Source of the DNA: Raillietiella orientalis
Taxonomy: Eukaryota
Length of the DNA stretch: 64,000 nucleotides
Reading direction: 5' to 3'
NCBI GenBank assembly: GCA_036172245.1
Contig: JAYWIR010000008.1
Span: forward strand, 4,650,001 to 4,714,000
Part shown: one piece after another, positions 51,202 through 64,000 of the stretch
Layout: each line of letters starts with the position of its first letter
Position numbering within the stretch: position 1 is the stretch's first letter
Translations under genes and position numbers: made by a program
Notes under the pieces: generated by a model
The model's database searches: none
The model's input: the letters and a program-made list of their open reading frames with translations, nothing else
What the model was told of the DNA's origin: nothing

Positions 51202-51945
51202 AAGGAGTCCTCTCCGGGCCCTTCGTAGCAGCAGTACCTCTCTCCCCTCGTCCACCGCCGTCCATACGGAGGCCGTCCTTGTTCCTGCCCCTCCGGGCGA
51301 CTCTGCGCCCTGCCCCCAGACCGCTTCAGCTTCGTTTCCGCCTGTCTTGCTGCTACGGCGCCGTCCTGACCGCCCGCCTCTGGGCGTCGGAAGGCGTCCG
51401 TCCTCCTGTAAGGCGCTGCCGAAGGTCGTCGCCGTCAATAAAAGTTGGTATCTGGAGTTGGTGGTGTCTGCTTCCCGATCCAGGTCCCTCCCTGTGAATG
51501 CATGCATCGTTCGACGGATCCTGGAGAAGATCCGTGGCGCCCTGACTATATGAGTTCGTTCTGCCTCCAGCTCCCCTCCTGATCCGCTGGCTTCCGGTCC
51601 GCCTTGTTGTCACTAGGGACCTCGCCAGAACTTCCTCGTCCTCTTTCCTGTTTGGTTGCCTGTCTCCGTACTGTAGTCCCTCCTTTCCTTCGGGAAGAAG
51701 GGGAGAAAAGACGTAGGTAAGAAAAGGTAGTCAGGAAACGAGAGGGATTGACAACAGAAGGAGAGGAACAGTGGGAGTCTCCTTTGCCCGGACCTCCCCC
51801 GCAATCTTCTGTGGTGGCCTCCAGAAGGGACGGCAGCAACCAGGTGAGGATGTCGCCTCCTGGAACTTCCCGCCGAGGCGCTTGGGCGGAAAGGGAGGGG
51901 ACTTTGCCCTCTTCAGAGGCGATGTATCGTCTTCTGCTTCCTCCC

Positions 51946-53318
51946 CTATGCGCGTGGGAGAGAGAGAGCGATGGGGAACGGGGAGTATGTCGCTCTTGGC
52001 TGTCGCGGACGACCCGGTCCTATCAGTGATCCCAGGATGCGTGAAGCCCTTCGGAGTGGATTTCCGGAGAGTCTCCTTCCTCCTGGAGAGGAGAAAAGAG
52101 GCCCCCTGAGGAGAAGTCTCTGGCGATTAGCCAACAGAAGCGAGGGCAAGAGGAAGCGACTTGAAAGGGGGGAGGACAAAGACGGGGATGCCGGAAGAAG
52201 GGGACTGGGCACTCTCCCCCACCAGTGGAAGCGCTCAGCCTCTTCGCCCAGGTTCTCCTCCGCTGCCCAGCGAGGAGCGACTGGTCGCGAAGTGTCCGCC
52301 GACTGCCTTTCCGCGCTGCATTGCCAAGCAGAGATGCTGGTAGCCATCGCCGCGGCCGTTGATCCCTCTTCCACCAGCCCTCCGATGGTCGCTCCTCCCT
52401 CCTCTGCCCTCGAGATAAGGACCGTGGTATGGATGTCCCAGAACAGCGCACCAAAGGAGTACCACTCTTGAGACCTGGCCTTTAATGCCAGTAGAGGCGA
52501 GCGGGAGGGAGGACACCCAGCGGATGGCAGTCTCCCTCCAGGAGCTCCCACAAGGCAGGGCCCCAGATCACGGGGGTGCCCTGCGTCGCCGTCCAGGCGG
52601 GAGCGCTCACGAGGGTCTTGGTGAGGGAAGAGGAAACTTCCACGGTCTCCTGCCGGAAGGTGCGCCTTCCTGCATGCCACCCCTCAAAGACGCGTCTACG
52701 GAGCCAGTAGACGACGCTGGTGCGCAGGAAGAAGAGCGCCATTCCCAGACGGGGCAGCTCGCCGCCGCCGCCTCCGCCGTCGTCGTCGTCGTCGTTCCTG
52801 AGCGGAAGCAGGGAAGGGGGCAAAGAGAGGTTCTCAGAAGTGCAACAGCACTGTGGGCAATGTGCGAGGACGGTGGTGCTCTCGGCGCCGGCTTTCTCGC
52901 GAGGGGCCTCTGCCCCCTTTCCGCCCGCGGGGGCTTCAGCCCCCGTCGTTTTCGGAGTCTCGCTTCCCCCAGCTCCCTTGTTCTGCTCCTTGCCCTCGCT
53001 CGGGGCTGGTTTCTCCTCTTTGCCCTTGCCCGGGGCTGATTTCTCGTGCTCATCGTCGGTGAGCTCGTCGTCAGAGTCCGGGGGCGCCACCAGACTGCGC
53101 CAGCGGATGAACTGCACCGCGTTCAGTGCGACCATGCCGAGCACCAGCAGAGCGTCCAGCCACAGCGGCTCGGGGCGCGCCCCGGTCGAAGGATCCTCCT
53201 TCCCGTTGACGTGCACGTAGTGGTAGGTCCACAGCAGGAAGATTCCGAGGGCGCACGTCAGGAAGGGACCTGTGGCGCTCAGGCAGCGGAGAACCTCTAG
53301 CAACTCGGAAGTGGCCAT
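51946..53318 (-). CDS. Putative 2-TM protein with a low-complexity linker and a degenerate kinase-like C-terminal segment (may be a pseudogene)
   Basis: MATSELLEV... has two hydrophobic helices and an acidic/KEEKPAP linker, then GTPVIWGPALWELL and, in another frame, SQEWYSFGALFWDIHT. Joining them needs a ~34-nt intron or a frameshift near 52480-52515. 3' end uncertain. Confidence 0.45.
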
Positions 53319-54139
53319 CCGTCTGGGCCACCTGAACAGAGGAAGGTCGCCACGGAAACGGACCAGCAAGGAGGGGGGGGGGAGTAAGACGTAAGACGAC
53401 CTCGACGCGGCCGGAGAAGGAAGGGAGGAACCGACGGAGCGGGAAGAAGCAGCATCAGAAGGAGGGAGACGCGTGAGCGCCGTCCGACCCCCTCCCTCTC
53501 CGGAAAAGAACCAACTCTTCTCCTGCAAGAGTTTCCCGCTTGCACTGCTCAGCTGACTCTTCCTTTTCCTTGGCGGTTGTCCCTTTCCAGGCTGCGTGGA
53601 TGGAAGGTTCCTTCTGTCCCGGCGCCCCGCTGTTTTGCCTATCCATCCGAAACTCGCAGGGGCCGCTGCTGCGACGTCTCCCGGAGCCGGTCCCCGGGGG
53701 AGGGGATTCTTCCCTGCTCCGCCCACTCCTCCGCTCCAGCCCGTTGTTTTCCGGCGCGCGGCCTTCCTCGGGGGCGAATGACCTCCTTGGAAATCGTGAG
53801 GACCCTACTCGTAGCGGGGGGAACGCGGGCGCAGGTCTTCCTCACGCAGCATCCCTTCGGAGGATGAGAGCGGGGAGCAGATGGAATGCCAGCTGTCACT
53901 CCTCGTTGCGGCGGCGAGTCGCGCACCCTTGGGCGTCTGCAAGGTTCCCGAGATGGGACCCTTGCACCCTCGGGTGCCTTGCAGACGCCCAAGGGTGCCA
54001 GCCGATCAGCCAGTGCCTATCGAAATCCCGAACGATCCTAAGAGGTAAACACATGTGCTTATTCCACATAGATGAATATACAAATTTATTTTAACATGCA
54101 TAGTTATTCACATTTTTCAGCATACATATTATTAGCAGT

Positions 54140-54690
54140 AATAGTATTGGAACAGATATATATTTATTAAGTTTCAGTGGCATACATTTCATCGATAAAA
54201 TGAATAAGTTGTTAATCATATGGTTAATGTACATATTAAATATTATAGCAAATAATGTAGATAATGTGAATAATGAAAATAATGTAGATACTTATTATGT
54301 ATCTCAATTTATATTCATATATAATGAATATAAATTAATAATATAATAAGTATATATGCTTATTATATATGTCAACGTTTACAGATACTATGAATGCAAG
54401 CATGCGCATATATATACAAATATGCATATAGATAAATATATATATATCTAGAAATATAAATACATGCATATATATATTTCTAGATATATGTGTGTATATA
54501 GACCTATGCCTACATCTATAGAGATATATTTACGTATATAAGAAATACATATTTAATGAATGTATATGAAGGTCGAATTTTGAAGAAGGAATCGTGGTGA
54601 CCACTGGAAGTAGTGCAGAAGATTAAAACAGAAATCGAATGAAACAAAACAAAAACAGGAACTGTGGCACATGGAAACGGGAAGGCGGAA
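54140..54690 (+). repeat. AT-rich left arm of a diverged inverted repeat (putative MULE TIR/subterminal region)
   Basis: tagtattggaacagatatatatttattaagtttcagtggcatacattt matches the reverse complement of ~61460-61505 (tagcattggagcagacacatttattacgattcagtggcataaattt). Similarity recurs between ~54560-54690 and ~61170-61300. Confidence 0.6.
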
Positions 54691-55369
54691 CGGAAGGGAA
54701 CGACCTCCCCTCCCCTCCTTATTTGTTATTATTTTAGCTTTGTCAAATCTGATGATAGATCGTGGAGGGCTGCATGGGTGTTGGTCGGCTGCCGCGATCG
54801 CGAACCCTTTTCTGGAGCCTTTCCTCGCCACGGACATCGCATGGCTTATTCCCGAAAACCGAATCTCCCGATCAGGAAAAGGTTATCCAACGGGGATAGG
54901 AAGTCCCGTCGGCAATTGACGCTCCGGCTGTTCCTGGGGATCGTTCTTTGCTTGGTGCTTTGCGACAGGGGCGTTTCCGTTTTTTGGAGGAGCCCACCCA
55001 AAGTTGCGCACCCACCGAAAACCGAATCCCTTACTCACGAATTCCCTGCCGCCCGTGCACCCTGTCTCACACGTGAGTTCCACCTTTGAACCACCTTCGC
55101 GCGAGATGAAAACCAATTTGAAGCTGCGCGTGTTTGAGAAATCCAAGGATCTTTGCGTGGGCACGAAATCAACGAACTCTTCTTTCTGTGTCAGCGGGGA
55201 AAAAAAGAAAAGTCCATCCTTCCGTCTAGAAGGCGCGCAGAAATCAGCGATCACCACCGGAAGGTGTTCCGGGGGGGGGGGGGGGGAGGGTGTCGATATC
55301 ACCTCAGAAGCGCGCGCCCAACACAATGGAAGACATCTGTGAGATCGTTCCCTCGCAAAAATGCTGTGA

Positions 55370-56645
55370 TAAATGAAATGTACGAAGTGCTCCTCCATGG
55401 TGAAGGAGAAAAACGCAAGTGATGACGTCATCCGTGCGGAAGCAGGAAATCTTTTCATTGCCACGGCCGAGCAATAACCTGTTTGTCCATATGGACAGCA
55501 CGGGCTTTTGAAATCCGTGGAAGACAAGCCCCCGCTCTGCAGCGAGTGCCTCGAAGACAATAGAGGAATTGAAGAGGCGAGAGAAAAACACCAGGAATCT
55601 CCTGAATCATTCAAGCGTGTACGACTTCTGCCCCTGCATGCCCGCCTTCGAGAAGGCCCTCTCGGTCAAAGGATCAAAGCAGTTCCCAAAGCTCAGTCAG
55701 CAGTGACCTTGTGAACCAAAGACGCTTGGTGATGTAGAGGCTACTGCAGCGTTACGAAACCATACATCAAGTAGAGAGCTATGGGTTGGGGGGTTGGCTG
55801 TCCAAGAAGACAGACTTCTACCATTCTTCACAAAATCGGACCGCGGAAAGACGCCCATTTTTCCACGCTGGCCTTTGGGTTCGCTTTGGACAATGGATGG
55901 CACTTTCCGAGCTGTCCCCGCAGTGTCCTATCAACTGTGTGGTATTCGTGCTCCCTGTCGGATCCGAAGCTCTCGAAACGTATCCCCTTGTTCGAGCTCC
56001 AAGGATCGGGAAAAGTGAAGGCACTCCACAAACGCCTGTCTGGAGATTTGGTGGACTTTGCATAAGAAAATGGATTTCAAATGGACCGCCGAACCAAAAA
56101 ACGATCTTCAAGGTGGTGCCAGCGAAGTTTTTTTTGCATTCAGCCCCAATGCATCTGGCCGGAGAACATTCGGATGGGTGGATGGGCCACGCCGTACAAC
56201 GAAGGCGAAACCTCCAGCTGGAAAGTGCGCCATTTGTCTGCGTTTCTTCCAGCTCGTGGAATTCGAGGAACCTTCGACGAAGTAAAGCCGCACTTGCCTG
56301 AAGACGCCAGCGAGGTCACGGACTGGTTCGAGAAGAATTGCGTGCACGGGAGAGCAGGAAGACGCTCATGCGAGCGGTGATCATGATCCCAGTTCGTTGT
56401 CCGTGTGTGAGGAATGGAGCATGGCACAGGGGATGGAACAATTTAATAGGGGATGCTCATGTCAGAGCACACCACATAAGAACAGAATTTCAAAAAGAAC
56501 AGGGTCACACAAAAAATTTCTCCGAGCAGAGCCATGCCCTAAAAGAAAGAAGACAGCTTCTCATCGCAGAGAAAGACACCGAAACATAGTAAGTGGTCGT
56601 GAAAGTTGGCCAGCTCTTTCGTGCCACTGTCCGTGATCTATTCCT
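55370..56645 (+). pseudogene. Mutator-like (MULE) transposase pseudogene
   Basis: WTMDGTFRAVPAVSYQL, VTDWFEKNCVHGR, NGAWHRGWNNLIGDAH and a terminal LFRATVRDL follow the animal MULE motif order. Multiple frameshifts. Confidence 0.8.
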
Positions 56646-56659
56646 GTTTTATTTCCGTG

Positions 56660-59600
56660 CTTGACAGCTACAGTAGTACAAATAAAAGGGTCTTCTTCGT
56701 CCTATCTTCTCCTCTTCCTTCCTGGTCATTCAAGCTGTGGTGAGAAGGATGCCAGGGCAGGTTTCTCTCATCGGGACGTCCCGCAGGCTGTATTTCGGCG
56801 ACGTCTTCCTCTCTGTCCAGAAGCTGCTCCTCTTCGTGAGGTTTTGGGAATCGTCAGGTAATCGTCCAAGCTGATGTGTGCATTAAATATCACGAGCGTA
56901 GAGAATGCACGAGGCAGCCAGGAGGCCCGCGTCGGAGGCCTTGTGGTTAAGGCTTCCGCGTGTGGCACCATGCGTCGCGGGTTCGAATACTTTGGCAGAA
57001 ATTCTGACGCCTCTTGGTGGTCGGGTTCCGAGTTTCTCCTGCAATGGCGCTGGTTGGCCTAATCATTCGGGCGTGGCACCGGCAGTGGATTAAGCCTGAG
57101 GCCCCCGATGAAGGCCGGAACAACGAGGCAGCCACAGGCCGTCTCATTTTATCCGCATGCATCCACATGGCATCCAGTTCACGGAGGACTACTTCATTGC
57201 TGGGGTCCCAAGTTTCCAAAGGTCTAATGATGATGGCCAGCACCTTTGCATCGACTCCTTTCTTGGACTTCTGGTTGGCAACATCTTGATATTTGGATAC
57301 TTTCTCATTCCTGGCGATGCTGGAGGCTTCTTTCTCATTCTCAAGGGAACGAGCTACGTCCAGCACCTGTGGCCCTTTTCCAACACCAGCTCTGACTTCA
57401 GAGTTGAATCAAGACGAGGAACGCGCTGATTCGCGGACATCGGTTCCCATTTTGCCGTTTCTACCGTTGCTGTTTTGATCCCGTCCGCAGCAGCATCATG
57501 CCGGACCGTGGATGGAGAGGCGCGCGAATGCAGTGATTTGTTACATTGGGCAGCGTCTTGTCCTGTCCGACAGGCCAAACGACCACATGAGACATCAGCT
57601 TCCCTCCTTCTGGCAGTTCCTCTTATGGGAAGCAGGTTTACTCTTGCCGTGTGGATGAATATGTAGTCCGCAAATCTCAGGTGGTTGTAATTCACTGTAA
57701 TCTCGAGGAGCTACGCAACCCGATGCATCTCATGATTTTCGGATGCAGTCCTTACCAGAGAATGCCACGCTTTCTCGCGTTGTGCAGCTCTTACGGAGGA
57801 GGAAGATCTTCTCCTCGTGCTGATATCACGAATCATTCATCCGATTTGAACTGTCGGTACCTCTTGAAACTTCCAAACTGCTCCTGACCTTAACGAAGGT
57901 TGTCTTATGGTGGTCCATCAGCTTCGTGTATTCCCACGTGTTCAGGAAAAATTCTCAGATGTGCCCGCTGAAATAACATAGGCCAACATCATCCTCCGTG
58001 GATGGCAAAAGAATACTCTTCAACCACCACTTCACGGAGAAGTTTGATGGCACTGTCCGGTAAGGATAGTGACCTGAAGCAGCTGTCCATGATGAAGGCA
58101 TCAGCCTCATCTGACATCTTCATGAGACCAGGACAGCCCTTTTCCCTCTCTCCATAGAGGTATCCATTGGTTTCCCTGCAGCAATGTTTTCGTCCGTCTT
58201 ATTTCCTTATCCAGATATTTTTAGTCATCCTTATGCGTTCCCGGTCTCGTGGTGTACAAGACTGGGGGAGGGAAGATTTTCATAGCATCAATCTTTTGCC
58301 AAGCTGAAAGACCACAATCGAGGACTCTGGAAGGAGTTTCTTCCTCAGAAGGACGAGTTTTGAATCCCGACGGCCTTCCTAGATACTTGTGGGCCTCTGA
58401 TACATTGATGCTGAGAATCGAACCACTGCTGACAGTTCAAGTCCAGTGGTCTGAAACCTCGAGAGATATTGCCTCAATAGAAGAGGCAGGAGCATTTGGA
58501 AGGATTAATTGCTAAACCAGCCTCATCAACACGTGATCCAAAATGGCGTGGCTTCTTTCTTGGATCCTCTTCGGGATCCTCAAGGATGGCTAAGTCATCG
58601 GCATACGCCAAAAATGCATACTCATCGTAACTCTTCCCTCATTACACGCAGCACTGGTTCTAACGTTACGATGAGCAGAAACGAACTCAGCGAGGAGGCC
58701 ACTGCTTCACCCCCCTGCGCAGATGAAAAGTCTCTCTCTACAGCGGATGTATGCTGTCGGAGTACGGGGTCATCAACGGTTTGGAGGAAAGCGAGCCCGA
58801 CTCCGGCTTCTGCTCATTTTCTTGGCATGGTAGTATGAGAGATGGTGCCAAAAGCACCGGTCGAGTCAACCGAAACCACCCCAATATGCCTGGATCGTCG
58901 ACTTGGGACATCCAGTCGCGTTTGCGGCCAAACAGCGTCCTGACCAACAAGTCCATCGAAAGGTAGAAATCTCTTCCGCTAGGGACAGGCGTTTTCCACG
59001 CTTTCCTTGTCTCCCACGGTCCATTCTCTCAATCCTGTTGATAGTTATTGCGTGCAAAGCCTATTGCTAGCGGAAATTGGCCTCCAGCTGCTAATCTCTT
59101 CCGATGAGGCAGAGACTTTCGGGGTTAAAATTGTCCGAGTACACCTCCACTCTTCCGGTACTCGGCTGAATTGCAATAGTAAATGGAACATTAGAGCTAG
59201 AACAGTAGCTTCCGGGCCAGTCTCCTTCATCTGGAGTAAGTAATCCCGTCCACTCCAGGAGAAGAATTCGCCGCCCTTGTAAGACGTTTCTAAGGGACAG
59301 ATCTAGCTTTCTTTCCATAGTAGTAGTGTTTTTTTTTTTTTTTCTTTAGGAGGGGGGGGGGGGAGGGAATCATCACTAGTTTCTTTGATCACTAGTTTTC
59401 TAGCTGATGATAGGAATGCTCCTCGAGAGCCTTTTGATCAATCGAACATCTGAGCTCTTGCTGGCCTCATCAAGAGCTCAGGTTGCTCAAATTGCTCGCA
59501 TCGCCCTTCTTCGATTCATATTGGATTACTTTTGAATTGCTCATTTGTAGCCCACAGCCAGCTTCTTTGCACGTAGCTTCGGAAGCTTTCTGTTTAGAAG

Positions 59601-61145
59601 ATGGCGGCGACCTTTAGTTTTTCCAAGAAGGTTTTTCCGAGACTTTCCAATGGTGTTCCCTTGTCTTCTAGCAGCCGTTGAAAGCGATTCCTCTCTTCCG
59701 AAAATTTCCACGTCTCCTGCTGTACCTTTTCCTCTCTTCCTCTCTTTAGGACCTGTTGACTGCACTTCACTTGGAGTTGGCAATTCTTTCCCATCGTCGC
59801 TCACTTTCCCATCAGGGACCAAAGAAGGCATCGCCTCACCTTCTTCCTCAGATACTCCATCTCTCGTCTCTCATCGCTCATCTCTGCATATCCCACCATC
59901 TTGAAAATTTCATCTTGCATTGGAGTTGTTTCTTCGCTATCCATTAGAGAACTGCGGATGTCAAATACATTCTCCTCCGCAACAGGGAGAGGAACCATCC
60001 AGTTCCAACCAGCATCCAAAGTAGGCAAGAGCCTTTCCGGAGAAGGCAAAGTCAAAGCAGGACGCACTTCGGAAACATTCACATCCTGATCGAAACCTGA
60101 AGATTTCTTGTGTTCCCCTTCAATGGGAACCCCGGAATTTCTTGAACATCCTGACACCGAAAGGATTCGAACCTCTTCTTTGTAAACCGGTTCTTTCATC
60201 TCTTGTGCACCCCTCTCAAAAGAATCTTGAAGGAAACCTGCCAACGAGGCTTCCTCTCTTTCCTTTGTCAATGCCACCACTGGAGCCCCTTCCGATGATG
60301 GGCCGCACGCCGCTCTACTCGAGAAGGCCATATTCGGTAACTGAGGAGGCCTCTCCTGGCCATCCCAGAATCCCGCTTTGTGGTGGAAATTTCAAGTGTG
60401 CCGTCGACAGTGTCCGGTTGGGCGGCAGAAACCCATGAAAGTGCAGCACCTTCCGGGCACACGTGTTCTGAAGGTCTCTTGGTCAATACGTGGCTCAGGC
60501 ACATCTCGCACCGATGACGCGGCTGCACATTTTCCAGATCGTGAATCACACGCGCGACCACCCCCTTGGTGCTTTGCACTTGCGCGTGCGACGCTGCCCT
60601 CCGCCGTTGTGAAGCTGCATCCAACAGCAGCTCGGGCCCATGGAGATGCCAGGGGACAGAGGCATGCGACCATGCTACTCCTATGGTCAGCTTCTACTCT
60701 TAGCTGCACGTTGTGAAACCACCAGACGCGGCCGGCATTCATCGCCTTCTGGTCACAGAGGAAGACAGCGGGGCCCCCGTCCAAGGACCAAAGCAGAAAT
60801 CGCCAGCAATGGCGGAATACTCGTTGGAAATGGAATCCGATCGTTCTTGCAACTTTTACGTTACGAGAAGAGATGAGAGCACCCTCCGTTCTTGCCTCGG
60901 GATTCCGAGTCGGCTACCGAGGCGAACCTGCCATCCCCCTGCCTCGTCTTAGGAGTCAGCAGCTGCCATGGTGCAAAGAAAAGGGTTTTCCTCGTCCCTG
61001 CCTCCCACTCTTAATTCCTGGTAACCCAAGTTGTGTGCTGCGAGGAGTGCCAGGGCGGGTTGCACCCATCGGGACGTCCTGTGGGCTGCATTTCGGCGAC
61101 GTCCTCCTCTCTGCCCTGGAACTGCTCCTCTTGTCACAGATTTGG
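56660..61145 (-). mobile_element. Decayed R2-superfamily (NeSL/Utopia-like) non-LTR retrotransposon: Zn finger, RT, restriction-like endonuclease
   Basis: N-terminal HRCEMCLSHVLTKRPSEHVC; RT EEWRCTRTILTPK...SSWRPIS, KYLG; LRFADYIFIHTARVNLLP, VRHDA, KVSKYQ, LETWDPSNE, YARDI at the C-terminus. Many stops and frameshifts. Confidence 0.8.
56921..57122 (+). mobile_element. Short tRNA-derived SINE insertion with 12-bp TSD
   Basis: A box AGGCCTTGTGGTTAAGG and B box GGTTCGAATAC. Flanked by ACGAGGCAGCCA at 56909-56920 and 57123-57134. Confidence 0.85.
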
Positions 61146-61169
61146 CGCCGCAACATCCGGCACTCCCCC

Positions 61170-61505
61170 ACGTTTTCACACGCAGAATTTTCCTTCTTTC
61201 TTTCTATTCGAGTCGTTTGCGTTTTTATTCTTTTCCGCTGCTTCCGTCCAAGGCGTTTTTTCTATTTAAAAATTCAATGTTTATGTATCCGTTGAACGTA
61301 TATATACACGAGCAGATAAACATATATGAATAAACATATATATGAATACATACACATGAATATATGTAATAGGCAACGTGTATCCATTTTTTAATAATCT
61401 TGCAGATATATATATAACGCCAATGTAATGTACGACTTATTAAGCTTCTTATTAGTAAAAATTTATGCCACTGAATCGTAATAAATGTGTCTGCTCCAAT
61501 GCTAA
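61170..61505 (-). repeat. AT-rich right arm of the diverged inverted repeat (putative MULE TIR/subterminal region)
   Basis: Reverse-complement similarity to 54140-54690. Confidence 0.6.
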
Positions 61506-64000
61506 CGAGGAGGGATTCCATACTCATCCCGAAGGTTGCAGGGAGCAAAGGGGCGCTGAGGACCGGTGCGGAGGAGGGTGGTCAAGAAGCCGGGCCGCGA
61601 CCTCGGCGTTCTCGCTGCCCTGTACAGCGCCCCATGCCGACTCGGGCTGGAGGTGTAGCGCCTCCGGACAAAAGCTTTGCGGTGGATCCGCGGATTCGGA
61701 ACTTTTTGGAGGAGGCGCCTTCGTCCCTCCCACATGGCCGACTGCACTCTTTTCTTACTGCCTTCGCACTTCCTTCGGCGATTTGATTGTTTGGGAGTAA
61801 TTAATTTCCTTCATAAAGAGCAATCAGAAGTTTTAATCAAGATGCAGCATGAAGAATAATCATTAGTGAGCCACAATGTTTTAGGTTTGGATATGGGCAT
61901 GTAATTTTATATTGAAATAGGATTTAATTGTAAATTTATTTAAGAGAGGTAAATTGAATATAATAATCGTCGAATGCAAATCGCCCGTCGCCCTGATATA
62001 AGGTTAGATAAGTCGTAACATAGTGGATCGTGCCGTTGTCGCGGCAACGGCGTGGCAGTTCGATTCGGCTCTCCGGAGCTGGCAGGAGCAAGGGAAGCGC
62101 GCGCGCACGCCATTTTCCTAACAGGCTGACGCCCTCCCTTGGCTCACGCTTGCCCACCACAAGGCCCGGCACCGTGGGGCCTCTTCCTCTATCCCTGCCG
62201 CTACGGTGGCTGCGCCCCTGTCGGGAGTCTCCGGGTCTGGGAGCATCCCGGGTGCTCCGCGAAAACGCTGCTTCTGTCTCTGCACCTGCCTGCCAGCAGC
62301 ATCCCAAGTGATGCTCCGGGGTGCGCCGGGTACTCCGCCTGAGATGCTGTGAATCGAAGGGATGCTCCTCTCCCTACCCCCGTCCCGTTGGCGGCCTCTC
62401 CGCCGCAGAACTCTCCGGACGGGATGAAAGACGGAGACGGCCCCCGCTAGGGTGGCTGCACGTTTCAGGCTCACCCATTCTGCCGCTCATGCTGCCCGAC
62501 TCACCTCTCTCTCGTCCCCCATTCCCTCCTCCTCCCCCTGCCTATCCGTTTTTGTTGCGGAATTTCGTTTTTCGCGCGTGCCGTCCCCCTCGCGCTAATT
62601 CCGATCCGAAGGTCACGGAGAGAGAAAGTCCCCCCTCTCCCCCCCCCTGCCGGCGTGCTCGTTCCCAGGAAGAGCATTGGAAGGCGCAGCCTTGGCTAGA
62701 GAGGCCGCGCGCACAGGGTGGAGAGCGGTCGCGGCCCCCTGCCTATCTCATCGGAGAACACTGCAGGGGCTCTGGCTCCATCGGTTGCCAAGTGATTGCC
62801 TGTCTTCACCAGTAGGTGATGCCGTACGTCTTCAGACCGCCTCTTTCGTGTTCATTCATTTTCGATGTTCTGTCTTTTTTTTTTTTGGGGGGGGGGGGGG
62901 GGGGACGATGACGACGCCTTACTTAGCTGCTGCCTGCGCTGCCGCTCTGGTTGGCCGAGAGCTCTCCATCCTCTCCCTGCTTTCTCTCTCTCTCTCTCTC
63001 TCTCTCCATGCTTTCTATTCCAGACTTGTCCCCCTCCCCCACCCGAAACTCCCAGCCCATGACGAAAAGGGGAAGCCTCAACCACTCGCTCGTCCGCCCT
63101 ACCCCGAGGAACGGGCAACGCCTTGCCCGCCCCTGCGCGCGCGTCGCTTGCACCTGTGACAGCCCACCGGCACACGAGGTGGCGCCTGAGCTCGGAGACA
63201 GCGAGGAAGGGGGAGGAAAAAAGGGCGAGAGGCGTGCGTCGGACTTCCCTCTCCTCCCGCCGGCGCAGGACGGGTCGGTTCCGGTGACCGGCCGAGCGTG
63301 CCGGGGGGTCTGACCGCGAACGGCCAAGGGCAGGGCGGGAAGCGCGGCGCAGGGTCGTCCCCGATCGTCCCCGAGGAGTCTCTCGTCGCCGGGCGTTCGA
63401 GACTGGAAAAAGACGCTGCTGGAGATCGGAGACCTCAGGAAGACCTTCGGCGATTGCGCGTGCCTGGCGTGCCAAATCGGCTCGCAGCGGCTGTTATCCG
63501 CACGCGTGCAGGGCAGGGAAAGGGGGGGAGGGGCAAGGAGAGGCGGGGAGGAAAGCAGCGCACCGGCTGGAGACGGTTCATCGTACCGCTCCCCTCCTCC
63601 CTCCTGATGACCTCCGAAAACGACACCGAGACGGACAGTCTTAGGTCAAGTTAACCCATGGGTCTTGTCAGCTTCTCCCCCCGCCCCCAACTCCTTCAAG
63701 GACGCTCTTGGATTCCCCTCCTCCCCCTCCCGAAATCTGTCGCTTGGAGCCACTGGAATGCCGAGAGCCGCGACTGCCCGAAGGGCTCAGGGTCTCAGGA
63801 GACCGCTGTGTCTCGGTGACAGGAAACGAGTGAGAGAAGGAAGAATGGGTGGGGGGAGGGAGGGAGGAAGGCAGATTCCTCGCTGCTGCAGGAGCTCGGG
63901 CGATCAGAAGTGTTTGTGTGATTTACGAGCACCTGCAGAACAAACAGTCCTCGCGAAGACACGCAGGCGCGGAGCACGCAGCGCCACACTGCACATGAGG

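Noticed and set aside
56640..56700. U2 snRNA, spliced-leader or rDNA target next to the R2-like element
   Set aside because: No recognisable sequence of these RNAs at either end.
62700..64000. Minus-strand exon-like segments (e.g. TGCAG|GTGCTCGTAAAT near 63930; donor GTAAGG near 62920)
   Set aside because: I could not assemble a consistent frame or recognise a product; the gene may extend outside the window.

Overview
Eukaryotic (animal, probably arthropod) genomic DNA with short GT-AG introns, mostly GC/CpG-rich and full of transposon remnants. Most of the listed long ORFs are spurious. Supported genes: tRNA-Trp(CCA), TMEM179-family and EXO1 (tail-to-tail, inside a sharply bounded AT-rich, CpG-poor block), purine nucleoside phosphorylase and TPPP/p25alpha. 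Less certain: a gene starting MGCNSSK and a 2-TM protein with a degenerate kinase-like segment. Repeats: a tRNA-derived SINE family (about 11 copies), several decayed L1/Tx1-like LINEs, and a three-level nest (MULE containing an R2-superfamily retroelement containing a short SINE with a 12-bp TSD). The most striking structure is an apparently identical 1.9-kb inverted duplication (12398-14299 / 26161-28062) whose inner breakpoints both sit on the same 22-bp quasi-palindrome. I found no convincing wholly new biological system; all calls are by eye, without database searches.
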